Below, in pieces: positions 32,470 through 52,788 of a stretch of DNA of 64,000 nt (positions are counted from its first letter, which is position 1; each line of letters begins with the position of its first letter). Origin of the DNA: the human T2T-CHM13v2.0 reference genome, Homo sapiens. The position numbers and the translations under genes are program-made. The notes beneath the pieces are model-generated. The model saw only the letters and a list, made by a program, of their open reading frames with translations. It made no database searches and had not been told where the DNA came from. The DNA lies in the NCBI RefSeq assembly GCF_009914755.1, contig NC_060925.1, one strand, 5' to 3'.

Positions 32470-32628
<159 letters not shown>

Positions 32629-33454
32629 TCACAAAAAAAAAAGAAAAGCATCTTTCATTATAGGCAGTTTTATATATGAATTTAGTAAAATTGATTTCTC
32701 TCTCCTCCCACGTAGAAATTGCATACCTATCTCATGAAGACATTAAAGAAACCATCCCTCCCCTCACAAACAACTGTATGTCGGCAATTTTTCAATTTTA
32801 TCCAAAGGACGAATAAAGTTAGAGACACTCAAGTGAATTTTCCGCATTAGGAACTCTCAGTAAAGCACAGTTTTCATCCTACTACTAACTAATATGTTCA
32901 GTTCAAATAAAATGAAAATGTTTAAGAACAATTTTTGTGTGTGTGTGTGTGAGACAGAGTCTCCTTCTGTTGTCCAGGCTGGAGTGCAGAGGCCGATCTG
33001 GGCTCACTGCAACCTCCGCTCCCGGGTTCAGGTGGTTCTCCTGCTTCAGCCTCCCGAGTAGCTGGGATTACAGGCGAGTACCACTACGCCCGGCTACTTT
33101 TTATATTTTTAGTAGAGATGGGGTTTCATCATGTTGGCCAGTCAGATCTCAAACTCCTGACCTCAGGTGATCCGCCCGCCTTGGCCTCCCAAAGTGCTGG
33201 GATTACAGGCATGAGCCACCACGCCCGGCCCTTAAGAACAATTTTAAACACAGTTATACACTGATAGATTAGGAGCCGTCTGTGGGTCAGATTCATAAAC
33301 TATTCAGTGCCTTCAGTCTTCAGCATAATACAAGGTTAAAAAAATCAACATGAGCAAGTAACAATTTCCAATTTGATTGGTCTAGAATAAGGTCCTCTTC
33401 CTTCTTTTCAAAATATTGAACTAAATTTCCTAAGTTTAACTAAAAGTAGTCCTA

Positions 33455-33733
<279 letters not shown>

Positions 33734-34159
33734 CTATCTCAAAAAAAAAAAAAAAAGCAAACAAACTTGTCGACAATTTGGTGCTAGAGACAAAAGGTCA
33801 ACACCAACTATGCCAAAACCAAAGATTTACTTTGAGCTATCATTCCATTTTTTTTTTTTTTTTTTTTGAGACAGAGTCTCCCTCTTGTCACCCAGGCTGG
33901 AGTGCAGTGGCACGATCTCGGCTCACTGTAACCTCCGCCTCCCGGGTTTCAAGCAATTCTCGTGCCTCAGCCTCCCAAGTAGCTGGGATTACAGGTGCCC
34001 ACCAACATACCCGGCTAATTTTTGGATTTTTAGTAGAGATAAGGCTTCACCATGTTGCCCAGGCTGGTCTCAAATTCCTGGCCTCAAGTGATCCACCCAC
34101 CTTGGCCTCCCAAAATGCTAGGATTAGAGGAGTGAGCCACCGCGCTCGGCCTTCTAATT

Positions 34160-36320
<2,161 letters not shown>

Positions 36321-37140
36321 ATTTTACTGTAGCAGGAAAGTGGCATGATACAAATTACATTTTAAAATCATTCTTGTCCTCATATAGAGAATGGATTGGA
36401 GGGGGACATAGGGAGACCAGTTATGAGTCTGGTGCAATATTCCCAGGAAAAAAATATAATTAAAATTGGTCAGTCTCAATGTGGTGGCAGAGACAGAAGT
36501 AGACTGGTTCAAAATAACTTGCTAATTACATGTGTATGGGGAGTAAGAAGTGGTGAAACAAAGAATGATCTCAGTGACTGGCTTGAGCAACTAGATAGTT
36601 AAGGATGTAATTTAAAAGAATGGGCGGCCAGGTGAAAGGGGAGGAGGCAGAAAATGATAACTCCATTTTGGACAAGTTAATTTTAAAATAACTCTGAGAT
36701 TCCAAGTGAAGACAAATACAAAATCTAGACCTCAAAGGAGAAGTATAGGCTGGAGATATACATTTGGCAGTAAAAAAGAAGAGACAGGCCTGGAGCAGTG
36801 GCTCATGCATGTAATCCCAGCACTTTAGGAGGCAGAAGTGGGCAGATCATGAGGTCAGGAGTTCGAGATCAGCCTGACCAACATGTTGAAACCCCATTTC
36901 TACTAAAAATACAAAAATTAGCCGGGCATGGTGGCGCATGCCTATAATCCCAGCTACTCAGGAGGCTGAGGCAGGAGAATCGCTTGAACCCGGGAGGCAG
37001 AAGTTGCAGTGAGCTGAGATCGCCCATTGCACTCCAGCCTGGGTGACAGAGCGAGACTCCAACTCGGTGGAGGGGGGAATAAAAAAAAGAAGAGACGTTT
37101 ACAATCAAATGTATAAATTCCTGAATATCCCTTTTTGTAT

Positions 37141-37183
37141 CAATAGTGGAAGAGGTAGCAATAGTGGAAGAGGTAGCAATAGT
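37141..37183 (+). repeat. 18-bp tandem repeat, ~2.4 copies
   Basis: caatagtggaagaggtag x2 plus caatagt. Confidence 0.9.
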
Positions 37184-37250
37184 TCCCTTTCTTCACTTCT
37201 CTATCTTTCAGGGAGAAAAAGAAGTACCATGCTCCAAATGGTAAAGAAAG

Positions 37251-37252
<2 letters not shown>

Positions 37253-37281
<29 letters not shown>
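37253..37281 (+). repeat. (AC)n microsatellite
   Basis: acacacac run. Confidence 0.9.
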
Positions 37282-37285
<4 letters not shown>

Positions 37286-38377
37286 AACACTTGCTGCTGC
37301 CCAGGAGGGGAACTAGATAGGTAGAGATGGGTGAAAGGGAAACTTTTAACAATGTATCCTTTTATTTTTAAGAATTCTAAAGCATGTGAATGTTATATCT
37401 ATTCAACAAATTTTTAAATTTAAGTTAAGGAGAGTCCACCAGAGTCTAGACAGATAACCTAGGTGAAGAAGTCAAGGTGGCCGTGCTCCTGGATAATTAT
37501 CCTTTGTTTTCTTAACCCCTCAAGAACATAGAGAAAAGAGGGGGTAAAAGCATCAGTACCTACTGAAGTTACAAATGAAACCTTCCATTACAAGTCCAAA
37601 TTTTAATCATATTATCACAAGATTTATGAACTAGAAGTCAGTTCAACAATTCAATCCCTCTTTTTAAAGATAAGAATATAAACAGAAATACCTTCTACTA
37701 TGATGCCAAATATTATGCTCTGCTAATTCAATATTTTAAATGGCAAAATCATCATCATGATCACCTGGCTAACAGTGAATTTACTGTATTCACCAACTAT
37801 ATCATAAAACTAAGTGCTCCAACATCCTAGTTACTTCCATCTACTATCTCCTCAGTTTTCTATGTCCTCAACCTGCTGCTTAAGCTAATTTATTACACAA
37901 AGGATAATAAAAACATAAAATAAACTTTGCTATCAACTTTTCATAATGTACTTTTTAAATCTGAAATTGAACACCTTCATTCTAACTTGGTAAACTAAAT
38001 CGAATTGTTTTGTCGAACAAGTGAAAAACATCCAGTAATATTAAGACCACTTTAGCTTTTAGGTAGGTTTGTTTGTTTGTGACAAAGTCTCTCTATTGCC
38101 CAGGGTGGAGTGCAGTGATGCCATCTCGGCTCACTGCAGCCTCTACCTCCTGTGCCTCAGCCTCCTGACTAGCTGGGATTATAGGCGTGCACCACCATGC
38201 CCGACTAATTTTTGTATTTTTAGTAGGGATGGAGTTTAGCAAAACTATGTTGGCCAGGCAGGTCTCAAATTCCTAGCCTCAAGTGATCCGCCCACCTCAG
38301 CCTCCCAAAGTGCTGGGATTACAGGCATGAGCCACCGCACCAGGCTAACTTTAGTTTTAAAATATGCAAAAAACACT

Positions 38378-38985
<608 letters not shown>

Positions 38986-39229
38986 AATAAATGCAAATAA
39001 TCAATAGAATGGCTGGCATTTAATGGGTATCTATTAAATGTGTTGGGCACTATGCTGTATATTTCTGATACCTTATTCATTTAATTTGCTCAATAATCCT
39101 ATGAAACAAATATTATTCCTATTTCTCAAGAAGAAAAATAGACCTAATAATAGTTATTTTCCAAAATTACATACCTAGAAACTGGGACAGTTCATGACAC
39201 AAAAATTTATATTCTTTTTACTGTATTAA

Positions 39230-41020
<1,791 letters not shown>

Positions 41021-41381
41021 TAACTATAGAACAAAGCAGGAAATTGCAAGTACTAGTACAGAGCTCCAGGTTCTACAGACTCCTTCAAGTCTGATCCAAG
41101 CAAGCAGTAAAAGGGGATAATTTCTGCATTCTCTCTCAAAAATGCTAATATACTACTAAAATACACACACCATATCATCTGACATCAAATCCAGCATCAA
41201 CTTCTATCAGCTCTATCTTCTTATCACCCTCACAGTTTCCCCCAACTATAGTAGCTTTTTATACTGACCCTTGCCTCACACAACAGCCCGAGTGAGCCTT
41301 TTAAAATCAAATTGTGTCGGGCGGGCGCGGTGGCTCACGCCTGTAATCCCAGCATTTTGGGAGGTCCAGGCGGGTGGATCA

Positions 41382-41666
<285 letters not shown>

Positions 41667-42941
41667 TCAATACAGAAAAGGCGAAAGACCTTTTCCCTTT
41701 TTCCTATCCCTATTTTACATACTTCAGTGTTGCTCTAAAACTGATCACCCAGCTCTCCCTCAAGAAAATAAATGGTGTAGGAACAGAACCATATTGTTTG
41801 TCTGCCTGGCCCCCATCCAATTCTCTAGGAACTGCACTCATTTTCTGGAACCCAAGCATTCTGATAATTACACTGTACTCTTGAATTAAAGTAGATTTCT
41901 ATGACTTAAGAATGGCATTAACTTGGGGCAGCTATCCTACCGAAAACTCAATTCTCCAATGAGTCCTCTAGAATTCAGGATGCCCAGGACCCAACATCAC
42001 CAATAATCACCCATTTCTGCTACCTTTTTTGCCAAAGCTAAGAATTTCTATTCCTATTGCAGCCCAGTGCAGAAAAGGGGAGAAGAGGATCCTCCCTCCC
42101 TTTTAAGACATAGCTCTGCAGATGTGTTCTTATCACAACATTTGTAAGCAGTGGGTGAAGTTCTATAGTACTAATGGTGACACCATCAGGAAACACAGCC
42201 ACTTAACCCAAGGACAGTCCTACTCTGTTGGAGATGCACATGGGGAAGAAAGACAAGAAAGAAGGAAGATGACATTCATCTAATAATGAAGATCAACTAA
42301 ATCAACCCTGATCAATGGAGTAACATTTCACCACCAAATCACCCCCACACCCAGGTAAGGGGTATAACACACTTTAATGTGTTATAAACTTGAGCCTCTA
42401 GACACCACTTTTTTCCTAAGGGAAACTGAGGTCTATCCTACAAAAACAAAATTTAAAAAGAAACCTACAAAACACAAAGCAAACAAACAAACATAAAACT
42501 ACTAATGTTCTTTTAAACACAAGCCATCATTTTAACCCTCTCCTGGTTAAAATTGTTCACCAGTAGCTAAAATTTTTTTTTCCATGCAGAGATTAGCTTT
42601 ATAGTCACCTCTTCTAAAAGAGATCTATTACATATTATTCTTTTGTATCACCCATCATGAAGGTTTTAGTGACTAAAAGTAGAGAAAAAAATATCAAAAG
42701 GAAGATACGAGATTTATACAGAATAAACCAAAATAAACATACTGTATGGCCATGAAATAGATTATCCTATCTTCTCAATCCTCAAATGCACATTTTTTTT
42801 TTTTGAGATGGAATTTAGCTCTTGTTGCCCAAGCTGGAGTGCAATAGTGCAATCTCAGCTCACCCCAACCTCCACCTCCCAGTCCTGCCTCAGCCTCCCG
42901 AGTAGCTAGGATTACAGGTGCGCGCGACCATGCCCGGCTAA

Positions 42942-43088
<147 letters not shown>

Positions 43089-44545
43089 TAATCTTTCTGA
43101 AATTGAGATTTTTTCCAATCACTGGCTAAAGAAATCTGCCAGCCATGAGGCAGAGATTTTACACATTAATCATTTCACTGTCACTTCCCTGAGGTACCTG
43201 CATCAGCAGGAATATTCTCAACTGAATTTTAACTTAAATTCGAAATCTCTAACATTGTGTGAAATAACTTCAAGAACATATTACAATGAAAATATTACAA
43301 GTAAATATGAAAATTAACAAGGAAAAATGAAAATTAACCATATATAGAGAAGATGGCTTGTCACCTGCCAGGCAATGTAATTAAAGGCAGGAGAAACTGC
43401 CAAATTTCTCAGAATAAATCAGAAATTTTTCACATCTAGGAAAGGCTGGCTTGAGCAATTCATATGTTCAGGACTTTCATCACGTTGGCACCTAAAAGCT
43501 TCTGACTAGCATCCAAGAGAAGCTGCTTAGCTTCTTAAAGACATTTAACTCAAAGGAAAAAACAAAATTACAAGTCTAACCAATCAGAAGTACAGTCAAA
43601 CCAAGAAAATCTTCTATACGTTTCATATTCTCAATTCTCAATAAGTAAAATTATTATCAATTATAAAAAATGTCTTGTCATCATGATCCTTTGCCAAACT
43701 ATCAATGGCAAAAATTGATTCAGAAAAATCCTTACACTCTGACTATGGAAAAAGGCTTAGATTCAATCTTTTAATTTTACACTAAAGAAAAAAGTGGTAT
43801 ATAACCAAAGATAGAGTTCCATAATTTTGTGTACTTTTAATATTTCTTCCCCACCCAAAAAACAGCTGTTATTAAGTGATGAGTCACAATCATTTGGCAT
43901 ATTTGAATACAACATATACATGATTTTATAGCTGTTACTGTACTTAAACATACCTCAAGAAATATGTTTGGACCCAGAATACAATACTTCACAAAATAAT
44001 TGATGACTCAAAAAAAAAAAAAATTCCTACTCAACCAATATTTTACCACAAAAGTAAAAGCTCTATCCTTTCTTCTATTCAATTTAAGTCAGTAACTTGC
44101 AAATGCACACACACACCAAAAATTTTACCAAATCAGTGATAGTTTAAACTGAAATAGCTTATGAACTGAACTAAATAGTGACCAAATCAGGATTCAACAA
44201 GTTCTCCAGGTACAATAAAGGACCAAAACTAACAAAATAAAATGTAATAGCTCTAAAGTCCTGCGTTGAGGTTAAAAAAATAAATAAATACAAGAAGGGA
44301 TAGAATGGAAAGACAGCAGATCACTTGAGAAAAAAACATAATTAAAAAATTAACATACTCTTGGCCGGGCATGGTGGCTCATGCCTGTAATCCCAGCACT
44401 TTTGTAGGCTGAGGTGGGCAGATCACTTGAGGTCAGGCGTTCCAGACCAGCCTGGCCAACACGGTGAAACCCTGTCTCTACTAAAAATACAAAAATACAA
44501 AAATTAGCCGGTGTGGTGGTGCATGCCTGTAGTCCTAGCTTCTCA

Positions 44546-44647
<102 letters not shown>

Positions 44648-45810
44648 TCACAAAAAATAATAAATTAATTAACATACTCTTGCACTGCATAACTAAGTAT
44701 ATGCTGCTTTACAGCAATATAGTCTCCCTGTTGTCTTTGCTCACAAGGCTAATATATCTCCAGCAATAAGGTTAGTTCTGGGCACCATCTTCTAAGGGAA
44801 GAATTAACAAACAAGTTCTACTAAACGATGATGATGAAGATTTTCATTTACTTATTTAACACACATATAGTATTCACTATGTTTCAGGGACTATTCTAAA
44901 TACTTCACAAACAATGTGATGAGGAATGGATACAAAAGTTAGGAATATTTAACCTGAAGGTAATCTTGCCAAATATCTAAAGGGCTATCATGTGGACAAA
45001 GTAGCCCATTTATTTGGGCCGTTATATAAAAAAGAAATAACAAACAAGGCTAAGAGATCTGGGCTCCACAGAAAAACCTGAGCTGTCCAATGGTAGAATC
45101 TCTTTACAAGACTCTTGTACGGAACAAATGAGAAAAAAATATATTTAAAAAATACATTAAAGAACTTTGCTATAAAACACCAAACGCACATTATGAGAAT
45201 TGACTTCCTTGCAATATAGAGGGTCCTAATCAATAGAAATACTTACAAAGAGGTTCATGATATGCTTTGGAGTCCTTGCTATGATTTATAGCTTTGAGAT
45301 TTATACTATATAACTTTAGTGACGTTTCCTTGCCTCTCTAGGCTTATTTTTCTTATTTTTAAAATGAGTGTAAAACTATCTGCTTTGGACTTGGCACGGT
45401 GGCTCACGCCTGTAATCCCAGCACTTTGGAAGGTTGAGGTGAGTGGATTACCTGAGGCCAGGAGTTTGAGATAGGCCTGGACAACACGGTGAAACCCAGT
45501 CTCTACTTAAAATACAAAAATTAGCCAGGCATGGTGGCACACGCCTGTGGTCCCAGCTACTCAGGAGGCTGAGGCAGAAGCATCACTTGAACCCGGGAGG
45601 CAGAGACTACAGCAAGAGCAGATCATTCCACTGCACTCCTTTGCAGGGCTGCTGTGAGGATTAAATGTTACAATGTATGTAAACACTTAGCACCCTGCTG
45701 ACCCACTGGATAAATTGTGTCTATAATAAGGACAATAATCATCACTGTCATCATCATGTTGTGAAAGGAATCCTTACGGTGAACATAAAACTATGTAATA
45801 CATGGTATAA

Positions 45811-46227
<417 letters not shown>

Positions 46228-46742
46228 TGATTTTATAAGTATTTATCTTCTATAATTTTAAAGCAAAAATATCCTAAAAATCTAAAAGCATCCAGGTTAG
46301 TAAAATGTCAAGACTAAAAGTAATAATGTATCAGAAAAATCTATGAGGCTATGGGAGAAAAAATGACTAAATAAGAAGCACATTAAATTGAAGCCACAGT
46401 TCCTAGGACACCTCACTGTAGGAGATGAGCATGTACACATTGCAGGGGGGAAAGCAATTATATTTACCCCAGGTATGTGAACCACCGGTTACATTAATCA
46501 GAAACATCAATGATATAAGGTCAGCTAAACACAATAAAAACCTTCCTTTAAAAAAGTGAATTTCAAGGCCAGGCGCGGTGGCTCAGGCCTGTAATCCCAG
46601 CACTCTGGGAGGCCGAGGCGGGCAGATCACGAGGTCAGGAGATGGAGACCATCCCGGCTCACACAGTGAAACCCCGTCTCTACTAAAATTACAAAAAAAT
46701 TAGCCTGGCGCGGTGGTGGGCGCCTGTACTACCAGCTACTCA

Positions 46743-46901
<159 letters not shown>

Positions 46902-48487
46902 TTAAGAGTATACAGGATTCTAATTACTTTGAACAGAATTTGAACTTAAACAAATGTACTCCTAAATGTTGGGTTGAAGAAGACATGGAAGCCCAACAAT
47001 CCTGTAATTCAATAGCTTCAGTGATATTCATCCATCTCTTCTTTCAAAGGGAGTTAACTCTCAAACCTTTTATCTGTTTCAGGGATATTTCAAGGTAATG
47101 TAACTATGGCTACTATGTAAACCAAATTTGAAAAACTTCCTCATAATAGACTAATAAACTGAAGCTACAACCCATCTCCCACTAACAACTGTTTTCCAAA
47201 GGGCTAGCATAGAATTACCATCATCAACAAACAACATTATCCTTGTACTATAATAGTAAAATGATTAAGTAATTTAAATGTAGGAAAGAAAAACTGGCTG
47301 CAACTTTAACATACTTTTTTGGGGATTTATGATAAATGATAGGTGGTGATTTTATTACAATTACAACATTGTAAATTCTGAAAACAAATGCAGTTGTTAG
47401 ATAATTATACAGCCAAGAGAAATCTTACTCGTTTTTTTTATCTGAATTTTTGTCCTAAAAAGCCTACGATCCAATGGAATTAAGTGAGCTTATTTCACAG
47501 GCAAATATTTCATTGATACGTATATCATTTTGAGCACAAAGTTGGTTCAGTGTGTTCTAACTGAATGTATACAATTTTCATATTAATAGCAGAGCGATCA
47601 ACAATATTTGCCAACTACCCAGTTTAAAACGGCTATTAAATGTTAAAATGTCAGTGTTCACATTAGTCTTCAATAATAAATTTACTGTTGCTTAAAAGTC
47701 AACTCAGTCACATTATTTTTTAGAATTAAACAAAAAATTCAGCTGACAAGGCAAAAAGAAATGGTCAATATTGACTAAGATAAAATTACCATAAAAATCA
47801 TAATACTATTTTTAGTCACAGTCATCAAGATGAGACATTACTATTAGCAATTATCTACTTAAAACAAGCAAAAAATCAAATCTCTACTCAAACAAAAATC
47901 GGCTGTTGAGAAGTCACTTTAACTGTTCTACGTATCAAATACCAACAAATTTCTACTGTGTGGCTTTCAGAAATCTAACATTCTAAGTTTACTGAAAGCA
48001 GACAAAAAAGAAACAACCTGGTGGCAGGCAAAATCACAACCAGTTGCAGTCAAGATGGGATCTGTATGTGAGCAATGAAGGGAGGAGGGCAATTTATGCG
48101 TTCAAAATTTAAAATGCCAAGGTAGGGGGAAGAGAGAGAAATAAAGATATATAGCTCCATAAACAAAGGGAGAAAACCATGTTGGGTGGGAGGCAACCTA
48201 AAATTTCTGACAGTCCAGAATCAGCAAATCGAAGGCCTGTCTCAAACAAAACAGCTTCTCACGACAAACTTTGAAGTGGGCAAGGAGGATACATTCCTTT
48301 GCACCCACAAGAACCAACCCCTTGACCACTGGCACGCTATTACTGAGTCGATCATGATTTACCGAACGGCCCGGATGATGGGCAAAAAGAAGAGTCTGCT
48401 GGAGGGGGCCTAGGATTCCAGAAGCCTGGGGAGGCACACCCTAGGCTCGGGGAAGGAGAGAGGTGGAGAGGGGCTAGCACTCCTCAC

Positions 48488-48917
48488 CGTGATTATCTTT
48501 CTGCCCGATATTGTGCGTGCGGATGAGAGAGGAGAGTCTCCTCACATCCCCCTTGAAGACGCACTCGTGCACCGGGTAGTGTGCGGGGCAACTGCCTCCA
48601 TCCGCGACGACAGCAACGGGGTTGGTGCCGGCCAGAAGGGCCGGGGACTGGGAGTTGGCAGTCACGGAGGAATTGTGCAGCGGCAGAGCCGGGGCGCCGG
48701 GGGGATTGGAGGAGGCCGGAGCTGCCTTCAGCTGTAGCCGGTGGTGATGGTTACTGAAGATCTTATGACAAGCTTTGCCGCCCTTGCCAATCCTGCTTCT
48801 GGTAAAGGTACCGCCGAGGGCAGCCGCCGCTTCCTCATCCCCGGGCTCCAGCAGGTCCCCTTCTTCTTTGCTGGGCTTGTGGTCCCTCCGCAGTGAGCGG
48901 ATCTTCTCCCCGGTCAT
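48488..48917 (-). CDS. ANKRD13C: ANKRD13C coding part of exon 1 (430 nt)
   Basis: ATG at 48917 in gcggcgATGa context; ORF MTGEKIRS...HNIGQKDNH; phase-1 donor CACG|gtgagg at 48487 matches the exon 2 phase. Confidence 0.96.
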
Positions 48918-49210
48918 CGCCGCCGCCAGGGGCAAGGGGGGGAATCGGGAGGCTCACCGCTGGCGACGGAGCTGGCGCTGCGGCGGCACAAGGCGATTAG
49001 AGCGGTGGCCAAGAGCCTCCAGCGCAGCATGAACTCCCACTGAGCCCCCGAGCCTGGGACAAACGCATCTCCCGGGGAAGAGCCGGCTCTCGCCTAGGCA
49101 CGAAGGGACGCGCGCTCGCTGGGGGAAGCTAGAACTCAGGTGCCCACGACACCAGGATCTCAGTCTCGCCGTCGCAGCCGCCGTCGCTGCCTTACACCGA
49201 AAAACAGGGC

Positions 49211-49222
49211 ACGGCCATCTTC
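49211..49222 (-). promoter_or_regulatory. YY1/TISU-like element GAAGATGGCCGT
   Basis: Minus-strand AAGATGGC core just downstream of the inferred ANKRD13C TSS. Confidence 0.6.
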
Positions 49223-49232
49223 CTCTTGCTCC

Positions 49233-49242
49233 TCTCGCGAGA
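49233..49242. promoter_or_regulatory. TCTCGCGAGA palindrome (BANP/ZBTB33-type CpG-island motif)
   Basis: Exact TCTCGCGAGA, a motif known from CpG-island and bidirectional promoters. Confidence 0.75.
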
Positions 49243-49460
49243 GCTCCCCCAGGAGTGAAGAGAGAGAAAACACCGCGATAAGTGAGCCACCCGCTCCCTC
49301 CCTCGCACCTTCTATTCCCAGAATCACTAGGCGCCGGCGCCTCCGAGGCAGTGTGTTTCCGCCCAGAGCTGGAGTCTCCCAGCTGCCAGCCGACCCCGAA
49401 CCCGCACTCCCGCCAACCGCGCTTTTTGTGGGCGGTCGGAAACCACAGCCTCCGTTGGAT

Positions 49461-49717
49461 ATGTTCGGTGCATGTTATAAACAACCACTTAAACCCTCCG
49501 GATCTGAGCCTCCCGCAGAGGAATGCAGAATGACGCCACGGCACGCAGGATGTGATGTCACCGAGATGCAGAGGATACTCAGTCAACCAACATTTACTGA
49601 GCATCTACTTCGTGCCGTATGTACGAAGCTAGCAAATATGTACAGCACCAGTACTGATTGCAGGGAGCACTGTAGAAGAGGAATGAAGGCCAAACAATTA
49701 AAAGCGGAGGCGGGGAG
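49461..49717 (+). CDS. HHLA3: HHLA3 (HERV-H LTR-associating 3 / ANKRD13C-DT) ORF, exon 1 part; protein-coding status doubtful
   Basis: ATG at 49461, MFGACYKQPLKPSGSEPPAEECRMTPRHAG...KAEAG(R); donor GGGAG|gtgggt at 49718 (257 nt, phase 2). Recognised as the HHLA3 ORF. Confidence 0.8.
49579..49640 (-). mobile_element. L2 3'-end fragment inside the HHLA3 ORF
   Basis: tcagtcaaccaacatttactgagcatctacttcgtgcc resembles the antisense L2 tail ttcattcaacaaacatttactgagcacctactatgtgcc. Confidence 0.55.
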
Positions 49718-50194
49718 GTGGGTTGCACACAAAAAAGGGAGGGACGAATTTTAGTGTTGAGTTGTCAGGAAAGTCATAGAAGAGTTTAGGTGCTGACTTT
49801 GGAAAATGATGGGCTGTCCAGCAATCGGAAAGAGGGGAGGCCACTCAAATATTTATTAGATGAATGAATTTCGGGCAGATGTCAGAGTTAACATATATGA
49901 GGGTGGGGACACTCAAGGAGGGCAAAGAATCGTGTAACTGAAATATAATTGTATTAGTTCATGGCCAACCTCAACCTAGTGTCAAACTCTGAAGAAACGT
50001 AAATCTGCCAACCATAAAACTTTAACAAAGTAACTAAAGCTGGCCACTGAGGACGTAAGGAGGGGGCTTAGCAAAACATCCTAAAGATCTTCACCCATTT
50101 AACTCTCCAAAGTCCCCCTATGTTCTGAGAGCAAATACTTCAGATCTCTCTCTCTTTTTTTTGTTTTTTTGTTTTTTTGACAGAGTCTCTGTAG

Positions 50195-50434
<240 letters not shown>

Positions 50435-51020
50435 TGAGCCACTGCGCCCGGCCAGATCTCTTCTTTCTTAAAGTTTATACTACTGCTAACTCATCTCCGC
50501 AAACAAACAACTCGATGGGCCTCTCTTAATCCTCCCCAGTCACTCAACTTTTCACCTCCAATTTTCTTCTCAGTCTGTTCAGATAAATCTGTTTCTTCCT
50601 CTTCTTTCTTTTTCGGTGGAGTGGAGAGTTCCGTTTATGTTAAAACATTACCCAATCAACAGTTCAAAGCATCCTCTTGAGACAGCAGTAGAGACTGAAA
50701 AAATACATGCAATAATGTTTGCTTCTTCCACAATAGCCAATATTTATTGTTAACGCTAAGCCAGGCAGTATGCTTGGCACTTTATATGCTGTTATCTCCC
50801 CCTGATTAGCATTAGTATCCTCACTTGACAGTTAAAAAAAACTTGCCCAATACTTCAATGCTAGAATGTGGTACAGTCAAATCTGACAGTAAGGCTAGAG
50901 AGAGAGGAAGGGCCAGGTCATGCAGGGCTTTGTATGTCATCTTAAAAGTTTACACTTGGCCGGGCGCGGTGGCTTATGCCTGTAATTCCAGCACTTTGGG
51001 AGGCTGAGGCGGGCAGATCA

Positions 51021-51293
<273 letters not shown>

Positions 51294-51302
51294 TCACCTT
51301 TA

Positions 51303-51638
<336 letters not shown>

Positions 51639-52211
51639 TCACTCATACTTTAGAGAAGTATGCATCAAGAACAGAACTTTAAAGAAGTATGCAGTAAATC
51701 AGATGATGAGAGCATGAACCAAGTTAGTAAGAGTGAGGCAGAAAAAGGTTTAAGAGGTTTTTAAAAATGAGTTCAATCTTAGCATATTGAGTTGAAAGTT
51801 GCTTATCTGTAGGGAGTTAGATGTTCTACATTTTAGATATTTGCAAGTGATCCTTAGGTAACAGAGAACTAGGTATGGGCTGGATTCAGAAGTTATCATT
51901 ACACAGTAATTAATGCTCCAGAAGTGGGTGAGTTCCCCAAAGAAAAGTTTATAGAATGAGAAATTAAGAAGGTCCATATAGAACAAAATCTTGAAAACAC
52001 CAATATTCAAAGCGTGTGTATAGGGTAAGTGGCCAGCATCCTATTACTAAAAACCTACACCAAATAATATCCCGTTATACTTGTGAAGTATTCTATCACT
52101 AGAGTCTGAATTTGAAATTTCTTTATTAGTGGCTGTCACCCATGGATGTCACCCATGGAATGTGGAAACTCATAAGTATCCCTCCAGTAAAATCAAACAC
52201 CATACATATCA

Positions 52212-52466
<255 letters not shown>

Positions 52467-52529
52467 CTACTGCACACCAGCCTAAGTGACAGGTATCCTG
52501 TCTTTAAAAATAAATAAATAAATAAATAA

Positions 52530-52788
<259 letters not shown>

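Larger units (their letters stand above)
48480..49570. promoter_or_regulatory. CpG island / bidirectional promoter of ANKRD13C (-) and HHLA3 (+)
   Basis: Sharp rise in GC and CpG density against an AT-rich background; start codons of the two genes lie head to head at 48917 (-) and 49461 (+). Confidence 0.9.

Noticed and set aside
48186-48437. Overlapping ORFs at the start of ANKRD13C intron 1
   Set aside because: No homology recognised and no convincing splice context; explained by the GC-rich island shore
48474-48487. ORF-track C-terminus GEEC* of ANKRD13C exon 1, and the start at 48935
   Set aside because: This is read-through past the splice donor at 48487; 48935 is a TTG and the real ATG is at 48917
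48929-48949. G-run cluster (potential G-quadruplex) near the ANKRD13C start codon
   Set aside because: It lies on the template strand, not the mRNA; such runs are common in CpG islands and there is no further support
48954-49604. 216-aa minus-strand ORF across the promoter
   Set aside because: GC-rich sequence is poor in stop codons; the ORF begins upstream of the likely ANKRD13C TSS in an L2 fragment and has no recognisable domain
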